Source of the DNA: Candidatus Aenigmatarchaeota archaeon
GTDB lineage: Archaea; Aenigmatarchaeota; Aenigmatarchaeia; GW2011-AR5
Length of the DNA stretch: 64,000 nucleotides
Assembly: GCA_016193585.1 (NCBI GenBank)
Contig: JACPRW010000008.1
Location: 3,432 to 67,431, forward strand
Direction of reading: 5' to 3'
Shown: positions 48,156 through 57,168 of the stretch, one piece after another
How positions within the stretch are numbered: the first letter of the stretch is position 1
How the letters are laid out: every line of letters starts with the position of its first letter
The notes under the pieces: model-generated
Told to the model about the DNA's origin: nothing
Seen by the model: the letters and a program-made list of their open reading frames with translations, nothing else
The model's database searches: none
Translations under genes and position numbers: made by a program

Positions 48156-48535
48156 AAAGAATTTTGATAGATGCTGCTATTTTCATAGACCATTTCAGAA
48201 ACTACGAACCTGCAACAAAGCTTATGGAAGCTATTTCAGGCGAAGACAGCAGTATCGTGGCATCAGTTCTCACAGTAGCCGAAGTGCTTTCGGGGGAAGA
48301 TTGTAGTGAAACTGCCATCAGAACGCAAATTGGGGAATTCTTTGCTCCTGTAGAAAAGCTGGATGTGGATATGGATATCGCCAGAAAGGGTGCTGAATTC
48401 AGAAGGGTTTACGGCATTCCGCTTGTCGATGCACTGATAGCAGCCACGGCATTCAGATTGAACGTTCCTTTGTACAGCCGAAACAAAAAGGATTTCGGCA
48501 GGATTAAGGAAATCAGGCTCGTCGTACCTTATTGA
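48152..48535 (+). CDS. vapC: VapC PIN-domain toxin
   Basis: LIDAAIFID...E...DALIAATA...NKKDF. Confidence 0.88.
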   Translation: MKRILIDAAIFIDHFRNYEPATKLMEAISGEDSSIVASVLTVAEVLSGEDCSETAIRTQIGEFFAPVEKLDVDMDIARKGAEFRRVYGIPLVDALIAATAFRLNVPLYSRNKKDFGRIKEIRLVVPY

Positions 48536-48930
48536 GCCGCAACTTCGGCGCTGACAACCTTCCCGCCCGCCTTCTCTATCTTTTCCTTCGCTTTCGGCGA
48601 GCAGTAGGCGACGTGAACGGTAAGAGAAACAGCAACCGTGCCGCGCGAAAGAAGCCTGCCGTAGCCGAACTCGGCGAGGTGTACCGTGCCGTTGCTCGCA
48701 AGCTTCTGCAGCTCGCCGACGTTGATTGCCATCACCTTGCGGCCGAGCGGGTGGAAGCCCGTGTGGCCGAAGTGGTCGCGGGCGTACGAGTACACGTACG
48801 AGCGGTTGTGTTTGGTTGACCCGCCCCATCCCTTGCCACCCTTGCTTCCCTTGCCGCGGTGCTTTTTTTTGCTGCCGTAGCCGCGGCGGTAGCCGCGCAT
48901 TTTATGGACTTTCTTCGTTCGGCGCTTCAT
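48529..48930 (-). CDS. rpl15: 50S ribosomal protein uL15
   Basis: RGYRRGYGSKKKHRGKGSKGGKG...AKEKIEKAGG. Confidence 0.95.
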   Translation of the reverse strand: MKRRTKKVHKMRGYRRGYGSKKKHRGKGSKGGKGWGGSTKHNRSYVYSYARDHFGHTGFHPLGRKVMAINVGELQKLASNGTVHLAEFGYGRLLSRGTVAVSLTVHVAYCSPKAKEKIEKAGGKVVSAEVAAQ

Positions 48931-48974
48931 AACTATTCACTTTGTTTCCTTTCGTCGCTTTCTTTATTATGCAA

Positions 48975-49105
48975 TTTTTCTTTCTTTGCTCAGAAACCAA
49001 AGTTTCTGGCATGCCAAAATGCGCTGCACATAGCCGGGTGCCATGTTATTTTTCTTTTCCCAAGGCTTTTCTTTTTCTAAAAGAAAAGGCTTAAAGAAAA
49101 GGGCC
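48975..49105. repeat. T/A-rich intergenic repeat with CAGAAAC/GTTTCTG hairpin
   Basis: About 50-bp core shared with 59170-59221. Confidence 0.7.
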
Positions 49106-49154
49106 TACATTGTGTGATTGGTATACAATCGCACAAGTTGTGAAGATGGAATCT

Positions 49155-49538
49155 TCACAACATCATCTTCTTGACGAGTATCCCGATGTCCTTTCCCCAG
49201 TAGCCGACGTCGCCTTTCGGGTAGCGGCGGGAAAGCGACCTGAATCCTTTGAGCGGCGGCTTGAGGTGCATGCGCTTCCGCTCGCCGAGCGCAGCCTTCA
49301 GCTCGTTGTCGAGCTCGCCCCACGCCAGGCAGCTCTCGGCCTTTTTGACCATGCCAACAATGGAGTCGGTGCGGGGCAGGATGACGAGCGTGTGCTTGCG
49401 CTTGAGGCCGAGCATGGCCATGGTGTCCTCAATCGTTCCCCGCTTTCCGACACCCCTGCGTATGCGCACCACGACCAATGTCCCATGAGCTGCTTGACGC
49501 ACCTGTGGCGCGTCGTTTCGCTTCGTGTCGTATCCCAT
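49155..49538 (-). CDS. rpl30: 50S ribosomal protein uL30
   Basis: VVRIR...TMAMLGL...GMVKKA...WGE...LKPP. Confidence 0.92.
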   Translation of the reverse strand: MGYDTKRNDAPQVRQAAHGTLVVVRIRRGVGKRGTIEDTMAMLGLKRKHTLVILPRTDSIVGMVKKAESCLAWGELDNELKAALGERKRMHLKPPLKGFRSLSRRYPKGDVGYWGKDIGILVKKMML

Positions 49539-49545
49539 GCTCCAT

Positions 49546-49842
49546 TCACCTGATTTTTTCTGTTACCAGCTTCGCCATCTGGTATCCGGCGAGCCCGCTC
49601 ATCGCGTATATCAGCCAGAGAATGATCGGCCAGTCGCCGTCGACGTAATGCCACAGGTTAAGCGTGATGCCGACGTACTCGATCAGCGCTGCGAGCGCGA
49701 GCGCAGAAGCTGCAAACACGACGTTTTGCCTAGTTTCGTTCTTCTTTCGGTAGCTTGCGCGGTACAAGAAGATAACGGCAAAGAGAGCGAGCGGTATTGC
49801 AAGGAGCGCGAACCAGTTGGCGCTGAACGTGGTGTATATCAT
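49546..49842 (-). CDS. small membrane protein inserted between rps5 and rpl30
   Basis: Three TM helices, ATGA overlap with rps5. Confidence 0.7.
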   Translation of the reverse strand: MIYTTFSANWFALLAIPLALFAVIFLYRASYRKKNETRQNVVFAASALALAALIEYVGITLNLWHYVDGDWPIILWLIYAMSGLAGYQMAKLVTEKIR

Positions 49843-50534
49843 ACCGCTGCCTCCGCCACGGCTGCGGGCTTGTTTTCTTCAATTTCGGCAAGCTTCATGC
49901 GGTTTATTGCCTTGAATGCGTTGTACAGCGCAAAGGCTGCGTTCACCCTGCTGCCGGTGTTGCCGTGGCTTTTTGACCAGATATCGCGGATGCCGGCGAT
50001 GTGCATGATCTTTTTCGACTCATCGCTGATGCAGAGGCCGATGCCTTTCGGCGCAGGCTTGAGCAGCACGCTGACCGAGCCTGACTTGCCGCTCACTTCG
50101 ACCGGTATCGAGTGCTTTTCGTTGCAGGCGCATTCCCATGAACCGCAGCTCCGGCGGACCGGCATGATGGCGAGCTTCGCGTTCTGCGTTGCCTTTTCTA
50201 TGGCAGCCCGGTGCTCCTTGGATTCGCTCTTGCCGATGCCGAAATACCCGTTGCCGTTGCCGATGATGGCAACCGCGGAGATCGTGTACCTCCGGCCCGA
50301 GCGGTGCATGCGCGTTGTCCGCTTGGTCGGCGTGCGCCTCTTGCCGCCTCCCTTGCCCGACGAACCGCCGACGAAAATGATTTCTGTCTTGAGGTTCGGA
50401 AGCAGCTTGTCGATGATTTCAGGTTCCTTGATCTTCCTCCCGGCAGCGAAAACTTCGTCCAGCGAGGTGACCTTCCCTTCCATGACCTCTTTCCCCAGTT
50501 CTGTTTTGGGGACCCAGTTCGCTAGTGATGCCAT
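49839..50534 (-). CDS. rps5: 30S ribosomal protein uS5
   Basis: WVPKTELGK...CGSWEC...PAPKGIGL. Confidence 0.96.
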   Translation of the reverse strand: MASLANWVPKTELGKEVMEGKVTSLDEVFAAGRKIKEPEIIDKLLPNLKTEIIFVGGSSGKGGGKRRTPTKRTTRMHRSGRRYTISAVAIIGNGNGYFGIGKSESKEHRAAIEKATQNAKLAIMPVRRSCGSWECACNEKHSIPVEVSGKSGSVSVLLKPAPKGIGLCISDESKKIMHIAGIRDIWSKSHGNTGSRVNAAFALYNAFKAINRMKLAEIEENKPAAVAEAAV

Positions 50535-50541
50535 AGTCGTA

Positions 50542-50571
50542 ATACCCCGCGTTTTGCGCGTCGTATCCCAT
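50542..50571 (-). promoter_or_regulatory. ATGGGATACGA-stem-GGGTAT hairpin before rps5
   Basis: ATAC-GA-CGCG-CAAAA-CGCG-GG-GTAT. Confidence 0.7.
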
Positions 50572-50582
50572 ATGAGTTAAAG

Positions 50583-51197
50583 TTATTTAACGTCCTCCCA
50601 TGCTTCCTCTTCTTCCCCGGCTTCTGAAGGTGCTGCGTTGAACTTAGCGAGAATGGCGTTTTTGACTTCTTCGAAATGAGCGGGCAGCTGCTCGGGTTCG
50701 AGTGCCTGCCTGAGGTACGCGGAGAACTGCCGCTGGTAGCGTTCCTTGCCTGCAGCTTTCAGTTTCTTCGCGTAGTCCGCGATATGCGTGCCGGCAATCC
50801 GTTCCTTGCCGGGCACGATCTCGCTGCCGAGCGGCAGCATGATGCCAGCGTCCCTGATGCCGGCAGCGCATGCGTAGAGCGCTGACCCCTTCACCGACGT
50901 CTGCAGGCCGGTGGCGAGAACCGCTTCGTTGATCCCCTTCGCGCGCGCCTGCAACCCGGCGAGTAGCCCCGTCAGGTACGCCGCGGGCAGGTTGCTGCAG
51001 TGGCCTTTCCAGCCGTAGTTCCGGAGGCTTTTGGATATCGTTTCGGATGCTGTCCGGTCGCCGCGCTGCTCATACACAATGAACTGCACGTGCATGTGCG
51101 CGAGCCCCCTTCTGACGACTACCCGCATCTTGCCGGACCTGAGCAGCGCAAGACGCTGCCGGTAGTCCGTTTTCTGCTCGCGTCGTCTGCGGAACAT
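50583..51197 (-). CDS. rpl18: 50S ribosomal protein uL18
   Basis: FRRRREQKTDYRQRL...NLPAAYLTG. Confidence 0.95.
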   Translation of the reverse strand: MFRRRREQKTDYRQRLALLRSGKMRVVVRRGLAHMHVQFIVYEQRGDRTASETISKSLRNYGWKGHCSNLPAAYLTGLLAGLQARAKGINEAVLATGLQTSVKGSALYACAAGIRDAGIMLPLGSEIVPGKERIAGTHIADYAKKLKAAGKERYQRQFSAYLRQALEPEQLPAHFEEVKNAILAKFNAAPSEAGEEEEAWEDVK

Positions 51198-51248
51198 GCT
51201 TTAACCCTTGCTGATTTGATACCTGAACGTATCCCCAGTCGAACCAAG

Positions 51249-51458
51249 CTATTCGACGCGGACATCGGTGCCGGCACGCCTGATTGCTTTTTCCAGGACA
51301 TCCGACGTTATCGTTCTCGTCACAATACCATCCACATACGTTCGGGGAGTTTTATATACGAAGTACTGCCGACCGGAATTTTGTTTCATGTCGCCGGCTA
51401 CCTTCGTCGCAAACGCTTCAGGCTTGAACGGTTCCTGCGATGAAGGCTGCGTTACCAT
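51249..51458 (-). CDS. small hypothetical protein between rpl19e and rpl18
   Basis: MVTQPSS..., 69 aa, starts 5 nt after the rpl19e stop. Confidence 0.5.
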   Translation of the reverse strand: MVTQPSSQEPFKPEAFATKVAGDMKQNSGRQYFVYKTPRTYVDGIVTRTITSDVLEKAIRRAGTDVRVE

Positions 51459-51463
51459 GCGTA

Positions 51464-51907
51464 TCACTTCTTCAGCATGTTGTTTTTTTCCATGTAGCCC
51501 GTGAGGTGTGCCTTGCTCCTGAACATGCCGCTTTTCGATATCATGTAGAGCTTGCGGAACGTTTTCTTTTCCAGTTTCCCTTCGTCGCGGAGCTGTTTCA
51601 GCAGGACCCTGATGGTCCTGATGCGCTTGACCCATGCCCGCTTGCGGGTGCCGGCTACCCGCCCCTTGCGCGAGCCGGTGCTCCTCCGGCGCCCCTTCGT
51701 TTTCTGCTTCATGAGGACGCGCGCCCGGTAGCTGCTGAGGCCGCGTTTCGGCGCGGCGGTAATGATGCCGTCGCGGACGAGGCGCCGCACGTCAGCCGCG
51801 GTGATTGCGTCCGCTATGTCGCTGTTCCGGCCGGGGTCAAGGCGCACCCGCGAAACGCCGCACTTGAGGACCCGTGCCGCTATCTGCTTCTGTGACTTGA
51901 GATCCAT
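51464..51907 (-). CDS. rpl19e: 50S ribosomal protein eL19
   Basis: QKQIAARVLKCG...GSRKG...WVKRIR. Confidence 0.95.
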   Translation of the reverse strand: MDLKSQKQIAARVLKCGVSRVRLDPGRNSDIADAITAADVRRLVRDGIITAAPKRGLSSYRARVLMKQKTKGRRRSTGSRKGRVAGTRKRAWVKRIRTIRVLLKQLRDEGKLEKKTFRKLYMISKSGMFRSKAHLTGYMEKNNMLKK

Positions 51908-51912
51908 ACGCA

Positions 51913-52098
51913 TCAGTTCCACATTGTTTCATCAGTTTCCGCTTGCTGGTGCATCGACACCGAAAAGTCATTGAATGCAACGTCGCAGCGCCGGCAATGA
52001 AATATTGTGCTGATTGCATAGCAATCGCACAATTTGCCGGATTCCTCTGAATCTGGCAATATCCCCCGCTGCAGCTCCCTGCCAATAGTGATTATCAC
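51913..52098 (-). CDS. small Cys-rich hypothetical protein between rpl32e and rpl19e
   Basis: GGAGG RBS; LCDC...HCRRC putative Zn ligands. Confidence 0.45.
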   Translation of the reverse strand: MIITIGRELQRGILPDSEESGKLCDCYAISTIFHCRRCDVAFNDFSVSMHQQAETDETMWN

Positions 52099-52113
52099 GC
52101 GTCATCCTCCGTT

Positions 52114-52629
52114 TCAGATTGCCGCTTTTCCTGTTCCTTCGTGCTGCACTGGTGCAGCGTTTTCCTTCTGCTCTTCTGCTTCCCTTGTCTTCTTTGCTTC
52201 TTTTTTCTCCTTTGCTTTCGCCTCTTCCTTCTTTTTCTCCTCCTTTTTGCTCTCCCTTCGTTTCGCAAGCGCCGCGGTGAGCTTCTCGGCGCGCCGGAGC
52301 TTGTTCATGTTCATGATGTGCAGGCCGAGTTCCTTTGCTTTCGCTCCGAGAACTGCCGTTTTCCGGCTGCCGATTGACGAAGCAATGATGATTGCTTTCT
52401 TGTCCATCGCCTTCACGCGTTCGAGGTCTGCCTCGTTGGCGACCATTGCAACGCTGTAGCCGCGCACGGAATATCGCGTCTCCCGCGGCGTCCGGTAGCC
52501 GGCTGACGCCTTGATGCCGCTGCCCGGCTTGCGGACGCGCTGCTTGCTGTGCCGGCCTTTCGGCTTTCGCCAGCGCGTGCCGAGCCTCTTGAGGCGGTGA
52601 TAGTCTTGAGTCTTAAATCGTTTCGACAC
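52114..52629 (-). CDS. rpl32e: 50S ribosomal protein eL32 with Lys/Glu-rich C-terminal tail
   Basis: RLKRLGTRWRKPKGRHSKQR...GYRTP. Confidence 0.93.
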   Translation of the reverse strand: MSKRFKTQDYHRLKRLGTRWRKPKGRHSKQRVRKPGSGIKASAGYRTPRETRYSVRGYSVAMVANEADLERVKAMDKKAIIIASSIGSRKTAVLGAKAKELGLHIMNMNKLRRAEKLTAALAKRRESKKEEKKKEEAKAKEKKEAKKTREAEEQKENAAPVQHEGTGKAAI

Positions 52630-52630
52630 G

Positions 52631-53191
52631 TTACAGCTCCTCTCCGTTCTGCAGGTATTTACCGGCGATAAAGATGCCGTCCTGGAAGATGCGGCGGTCG
52701 CGGCCGGTGATTCTGCACGCCTGCTCGATATTGCTCGCCGTCTGCCCGACATCATCCTTGCTGATGTCGGTTATGGTGATTTCTTCCTTGTCTGTTTTGA
52801 CGCTGCAGTCGCCGATGATGCGGGCGATGCGGAGCCCCTTTTCGCCGAGGAAATTCTTTATCTGGACCTCCTTGTCCTTGACCGTCACGGTCAGCGGGAA
52901 GTGTGAATAGGTTATCTTCATGACGTACTTGTAGCCAACGGAGACGCCGGTAATCATGTTCTCGACGTGCGACTGGATGGTGCCCGCTATCGCCTTGTGG
53001 GTACGCCGCTCACTTGCCGACGTTATCTTGACACCGCCGTTTTTCTCTATCCTGACGGTCTCGCTGAAGCGCGGATTGAAGAAATCTTTTTCGAGCGTTC
53101 CTTTGGGGCCCTTGACCGTGACGACGGCACCGGCTATCTCAACGCTCACGTTTTCCGGAATCGTGACCACCTTGACAACTGCAGGCTCCAT
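52631..53191 (-). CDS. rpl6: 50S ribosomal protein uL6
   Basis: VKGPKG...YSHFP...NFLGE...DRRIFQDGI. Confidence 0.96.
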   Translation of the reverse strand: MEPAVVKVVTIPENVSVEIAGAVVTVKGPKGTLEKDFFNPRFSETVRIEKNGGVKITSASERRTHKAIAGTIQSHVENMITGVSVGYKYVMKITYSHFPLTVTVKDKEVQIKNFLGEKGLRIARIIGDCSVKTDKEEITITDISKDDVGQTASNIEQACRITGRDRRIFQDGIFIAGKYLQNGEEL

Positions 53192-53201
53192 GGGGAATCA
53201 C

Positions 53202-53588
53202 TCAATACAAGTATGCAACGAGCTTGCCGCCGAGCTCGCTCGATGCCGCGTCTTTCTGGCTCATGACGCCTTTCGGCGTGGAAACGATGAGGATGCCGAA
53301 ATCACGTGCAGGAAGGAATCGCTTCTCCCATTTCTCGTATTCATTCTTCTTGACGGCGAAGCGCGGCTTGATAGTGCGCGATTTGTTGATGCGGCCGATG
53401 AGCTCGACCTCGAATTTACCGCCCTTGCCATCGTCGATGAACTCGAATCTCCCGATGTATCCTTCTTTCTGGACGACGAGGAGCACGTTCTTGATGAGCC
53501 TTGAGGACGGAACGATGCATGTTTTCTTGCCTGTCTGCTCCGCGGTATTGAGCACGAACAGCACATCAGCAAGCAGGTCTTGTTTCAT
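53202..53588 (-). CDS. rps8: 30S ribosomal protein uS8
   Basis: EGYIGRFE...LPARDFG...STPKGVM...GGKLVAY. Confidence 0.96.
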   Translation of the reverse strand: MKQDLLADVLFVLNTAEQTGKKTCIVPSSRLIKNVLLVVQKEGYIGRFEFIDDGKGGKFEVELIGRINKSRTIKPRFAVKKNEYEKWEKRFLPARDFGILIVSTPKGVMSQKDAASSELGGKLVAYLY

Positions 53589-53592
53589 AGTG

Positions 53593-53751
53593 TCACCAGT
53601 ATTTCTTGAAACCGAGGTCGGGTGCTATCTCGCGGAAGCAGCGGCGGCAGTACATGAGGTCGTACTTTCGTATGACGCCGTGGAGCGAGCCGCAGCGCAC
53701 GCACTGGTGCGCGCCTTTCCCCATCTTTCGTTTCACTTTTTTCAAACGCAT
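53593..53751 (-). CDS. rps14: 30S ribosomal protein uS14 (not in ORF track)
   Basis: Manual translation [52 protein letters not shown]. Confidence 0.95.
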   Translation of the reverse strand: MRLKKVKRKMGKGAHQCVRCGSLHGVIRKYDLMYCRRCFREIAPDLGFKKYW

Positions 53752-53755
53752 AATC

Positions 53756-54244
53756 TCATTCCTCAATCTGGACGCCGAATTTTTCTTTTGCGAACTGCAT
53801 GGCTTCCTCGTGCGTGATGCGGTGCTTCTTGCCGACCGGTACCGGCAGCCGCCGCCGTTTCACCGCGTAGCCGGGCCGCTCAAGCGTTACGCATACGTCC
53901 ATGCCAACGATGCCCAGTTTTGGGTCGTATTCCATGCCCGGTATGTCTATGTACTCCCTGATGCCGAAGGCGAAGTTTCCGTATGCATCGAAGTTGCCCG
54001 GCGAGAGCCTGTTTTCTTTTGACTCGAGCAGGCGCTTGACAAATGCCTCGGCACCTTTTCGCACGGTCACCTTGCAGCCGATGGGCTTGTTTTTCGGGAC
54101 ATTGAAGGTCGAGCGGCGCTTTGTTTTCGTGATGACCGCTTTTGCTCCGGCCACGCGCTCGATCACGGTCCGCGCGTTCTCGATGGGAAGCGTGGTGCCG
54201 CACCCTATATTCAGGACTACTTTCTCGATGCGTATCCGCTTCAT
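53756..54244 (-). CDS. rpl5: 50S ribosomal protein uL5
   Basis: IEKVVLNIG...[16 protein letters not shown]...GMDV. Confidence 0.96.
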   Translation of the reverse strand: MKRIRIEKVVLNIGCGTTLPIENARTVIERVAGAKAVITKTKRRSTFNVPKNKPIGCKVTVRKGAEAFVKRLLESKENRLSPGNFDAYGNFAFGIREYIDIPGMEYDPKLGIVGMDVCVTLERPGYAVKRRRLPVPVGKKHRITHEEAMQFAKEKFGVQIEE

Positions 54245-54291
54245 CGGGTGCGGTTTGGGAACCGTGACGCTTGTCTGGATACTCGCTCACC

Positions 54292-54978
54292 TTATTGGAT
54301 TGTTACGGCAGGCTTGCCGTCTCCGATTACAAAAATATAATGTTCGGGTATCGGTATCGTTTCGCTGTCTGCTTCCACGATAACCGTGTTCGGCTGCGGC
54401 GTCCTTGTCACCACGCGTTCCACGACCTTGCCGATCATTCCCCGCTTGTTGCCGTTGGTGACCATGATAGCAGCGCCCTTCTTCAGCTTGAGCACGCTCT
54501 TGATCGATTTCGCCTCGAGGTCGAAGACGACGGTGTCCTTTGTCTTGTATTCGTCGCGGGGAACGAGTATGTTCCTGCCGTCGTGCAGGTTGAGCTGCAC
54601 GCCGTTTCGCGTGTAGGTTTTGTCCAGTATCTTGAGCAGCTTGAGCTTCGCATCCTCGCCGCTTGTTTTCTGGAGCCGGAGACCCTTGCGGTCCGGAAGC
54701 ATGCGGTACGTTTCGTCGCCGACCGTCAGGATGTCCATGAGCCCGACCGGCAGGCGGTGGTCCCTCCGCACCGTCGAGTCGACGCGCACCTGTCCCTGGC
54801 GAAGGATGTGCTTCGCCTCGCGAAGCGTTTCCGCGTAGTCAAGCACGTCCCTGAGGACGATGCCGAGCGGTATGCACGACCGTTTCGCGTGGGCTCCCGG
54901 AAGGGGAGCTACCGCAAAACGCGCTGTCTTTCGTTCCATAGGCCAGAATACCGGCGCTTCGGTTCGTTTGAGATGCAT
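54292..54978 (-). CDS. rps4e: 30S ribosomal protein eS4
   Basis: HLKRTEAP..WP...PVGLMD...LHDGRN. Confidence 0.96.
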   Translation of the reverse strand: MHLKRTEAPVFWPMERKTARFAVAPLPGAHAKRSCIPLGIVLRDVLDYAETLREAKHILRQGQVRVDSTVRRDHRLPVGLMDILTVGDETYRMLPDRKGLRLQKTSGEDAKLKLLKILDKTYTRNGVQLNLHDGRNILVPRDEYKTKDTVVFDLEAKSIKSVLKLKKGAAIMVTNGNKRGMIGKVVERVVTRTPQPNTVIVEADSETIPIPEHYIFVIGDGKPAVTIQ

Positions 54979-54979
54979 A

Positions 54980-55007
54980 ATACCCCACGTTCAGTGTCGT
55001 ATCCCAT
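54980..55007 (-). promoter_or_regulatory. ATGGGATACGA-stem-GGGTAT hairpin before rps4e
   Basis: ATAC-GA-CAC-TGAAC-GTG-GG-GTAT-T-ATG. Confidence 0.7.
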
Positions 55008-55021
55008 AGTACGCGTTGCTG

Positions 55022-55447
55022 TCATTCCTTCTTCTCGGCTTTGGCAGACTTTTTTGGTTCCGCCCCTTTCGCCCTGTCGACGGCTTTTTTCCTCATCCGG
55101 TCGTCGAGCATAAGCTTGGTTATCTTGACGTTGCTCGGGTCGAGCGCCATCTGCACATCCTGCCCCGAAACCTTTTTTACCTTCACGGTATCCACGTAAA
55201 TCTTCAGCTTTTTCATGTCGACCGTGGCAACGAGTCCCTTCTTCCCCCGGTGCTCGCCGTTCATGACGACGACTTCATCGCCCTTCCGCACCTGGAGCGA
55301 ACGCTTGTTGTACTGCTCGCGCAGCTTTTTGTCGAGGTGCGCTGCCATGAGCTTCTGCCTGACGTGGAGCGGCGCCTGGTTGCGGTACTTCCGTTGCTTG
55401 CGGGGCTGCGTGCTCCTCACCCACGTGCGCGAAAACCGTCTCATCAT
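55022..55447 (-). CDS. rpl24: 50S ribosomal protein uL24
   Basis: STQPRKQRK...VRKGDEVVVMNG...DPSNV. Confidence 0.96.
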   Translation of the reverse strand: MMRRFSRTWVRSTQPRKQRKYRNQAPLHVRQKLMAAHLDKKLREQYNKRSLQVRKGDEVVVMNGEHRGKKGLVATVDMKKLKIYVDTVKVKKVSGQDVQMALDPSNVKITKLMLDDRMRKKAVDRAKGAEPKKSAKAEKKE

Positions 55448-55583
55448 ACCCCACCTTCGGTGCGACAAGGACTTTTGTCAAAGTCCTTGTGCACGCAAAG
55501 ACCTTTGGTCTTTACTGTGTCGTGCTCAAAGAATCTTCGATTCTTCGTGTACACAAAGACCTCCGGTCTTTGTCGTATCCCAT
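55446..55583 (-). repeat. ATGGGATACGA motif expanded by four inserted hairpins, before rpl24
   Basis: Same ends as 1441-1468; contains AAGGACTTT/AAAGTCCTT, AAAGACC/GGTCTTT twice, AAGAATC/GATTCTT. Confidence 0.8.
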
Positions 55584-55599
55584 TTTACAATATCCCGTG

Positions 55600-56001
55600 T
55601 TACAGTACCATGCTTGCTATTTTTCCTATGGTCGAAAACCGCTCGACCGCTTCTTTCGCGATGACCGACCTGATTTCGGTTCCCTGGGGGTCGAACGTCT
55701 TCGGGTTCACCAAGATTGCCGCATTATCGGTGAACTTGACGCGCGTTCCGTCGCTCCTGCGGAATTCCTTTGTCTGCCTGACGATGACCGCATGGACGAC
55801 TTGGTGGCGCAACTTCTCCTTGCCCTTGGTGACGCTGCAGATGACGACATCCGCTATGCCTGCTTTCGGCAGCCTTCGCAGGCGTCCCTTGTAGCCGATG
55901 ACTGCTATGAGCTCAAGCTCCTTGGCGCCGCTGTTGTCCGCGCACGTGAGGAGCGTCTTGAGCTGGATTGTCTTCGGTATCGCTCCACTGACTGCTTTCA
56001 T
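55600..56001 (-). CDS. rpl14: 50S ribosomal protein uL14
   Basis: CADNSGAK...AVIVRQ...FTDNAA. Confidence 0.97.
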   Translation of the reverse strand: MKAVSGAIPKTIQLKTLLTCADNSGAKELELIAVIGYKGRLRRLPKAGIADVVICSVTKGKEKLRHQVVHAVIVRQTKEFRRSDGTRVKFTDNAAILVNPKTFDPQGTEIRSVIAKEAVERFSTIGKIASMVL

Positions 56002-56345
56002 TTCGTTCCACCTACTTTTTCAAAAATGACAAAACTCTTCGTCTTGGAGAGTCTCCTGCATTCCGCTATGCGGACTATGTCACCGGCCTTGGCGCTGATG
56101 CAGACAGGGTTGTGAGCCGCCTTTCTCGTTTTTTTGCGTTCGTACCGCTCGTATTTCGGGATGTAGTGGTAATAGTTCCATGTGATAATTGCGGTGTTCG
56201 CCGGCTTTGATGACACGACCGTCCCCTTGAATATCCTGCCGCGCAGCTTGAGGTGGCCGTGCCAAGGGCACTTGTCGCTGCTGCACGCATCCTTCGGCTT
56301 CTGTGCATCCAATCCGATGTCGTTTTCCATGCATTCACCTACCAT
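55998..56345 (-). CDS. rps17: 30S ribosomal protein uS17
   Basis: DKCPWHG...PKYERYE...ECRRLSKTK. Confidence 0.96.
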   Translation of the reverse strand: MVGECMENDIGLDAQKPKDACSSDKCPWHGHLKLRGRIFKGTVVSSKPANTAIITWNYYHYIPKYERYERKKTRKAAHNPVCISAKAGDIVRIAECRRLSKTKSFVIFEKVGGTK

Positions 56346-56611
56346 TTCCGTATCTGCTTCTTGATGCGGTCTTCAGGCCGCGCGATGATGAAATCGCCTT
56401 CGACGTCAATTTTCGTGCCGCCGAGCGTGAACCTGAACACGGTGCCCTGCTTCGGCACCCGCTTGGCGCCGTCCGCACGTATGACCACCGTTTTCATGGT
56501 TTCGTCGATGACCGTTCCCTTTATCCCGACCTGCGATGCGTTTCCTGCCCTGACGACCTCGCATTCCAGGCCGATGAACTCGTGCCTGAGTATGTTTTTC
56601 GGCGTCCTCAA
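56339..56611 (-). CDS. rnp1: RNase P protein component 1 (Rpp29)
   Basis: HEFIGL...GTVIDET...RPEDR. Confidence 0.93.
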   Translation of the reverse strand: MRTPKNILRHEFIGLECEVVRAGNASQVGIKGTVIDETMKTVVIRADGAKRVPKQGTVFRFTLGGTKIDVEGDFIIARPEDRIKKQIRKW

Positions 56612-56641
56612 CGGAATCCACCTGTTCGGTTGTAGTCCGGT

Positions 56642-56956
56642 TTACTCCACTTCTATCATTTCCTTCGGAAAGCCTTCCTTGACAAGGATGTCCCTGACGC
56701 GCTGCTTGTGGTCTCCCTGGAGCTCGATCTCCTTGTTCTTGTACGTTCCGCCGCATGCCAGTCGTGATTTAAGCTTCTTGATCAGGTCCCTGACATCTAT
56801 CGTACTCTCGTCGATGCCTTTGATGATGGTCATGTGCTTTCCGTATCGCTTCTGAACAACGGCGACCTTTATCTTCTGGACTTCCTTTGCTATCGTCTCG
56901 CAGACACAGAGTTCTTTCGGCAGACCGCATTTTGGGCATGTTGCTATCTTCACCAC
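56642..56956 (-). CDS. translation initiation factor SUI1/aIF1
   Basis: [13 protein letters not shown]...LACGGT...IELQGDH. Confidence 0.95.
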   Translation of the reverse strand: MVKIATCPKCGLPKELCVCETIAKEVQKIKVAVVQKRYGKHMTIIKGIDESTIDVRDLIKKLKSRLACGGTYKNKEIELQGDHKQRVRDILVKEGFPKEMIEVE

Positions 56957-56963
56957 CTCAATC

Positions 56964-57164
56964 TCATTGCTTCTTCTCCTTCATTATCGTGAGTATGCGC
57001 GCTATCGTGCGGCGTATCTCCTTCATCCGCCCCGGGCTCTTCACCGTGCCGCCGACGTTGCCCGCGGCACGTTCCTTGGAGAGCTCGAGGCGAAGCTCCC
57101 TGAGCTTTTCGTCTATGTCTTTCTGCTGCAATGTCCGCGCCTTTTTTGATGTGAGTATTGCCAT
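56964..57164 (-). CDS. rpl29: 50S ribosomal protein uL29
   Basis: LRELRLEL...[16 protein letters not shown]. Confidence 0.93.
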   Translation of the reverse strand: MAILTSKKARTLQQKDIDEKLRELRLELSKERAAGNVGGTVKSPGRMKEIRRTIARILTIMKEKKQ

Positions 57165-57168
57165 AGCA

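Noticed and set aside
49525-50580. Long antisense ORFs (also 1654-2544, 24878-25816, 27350-28396, 35755-36738, 57256-58308, 62262-63248)
   Set aside because: Shadows of well-supported genes on the opposite strand in GC-rich coding DNA.
50901-50911. CCGGCCTGCA on the minus strand as the missing tRNA-Cys middle exon
   Set aside because: Lies inside rpl18 coding sequence with no D-arm or BHB context; chance match.
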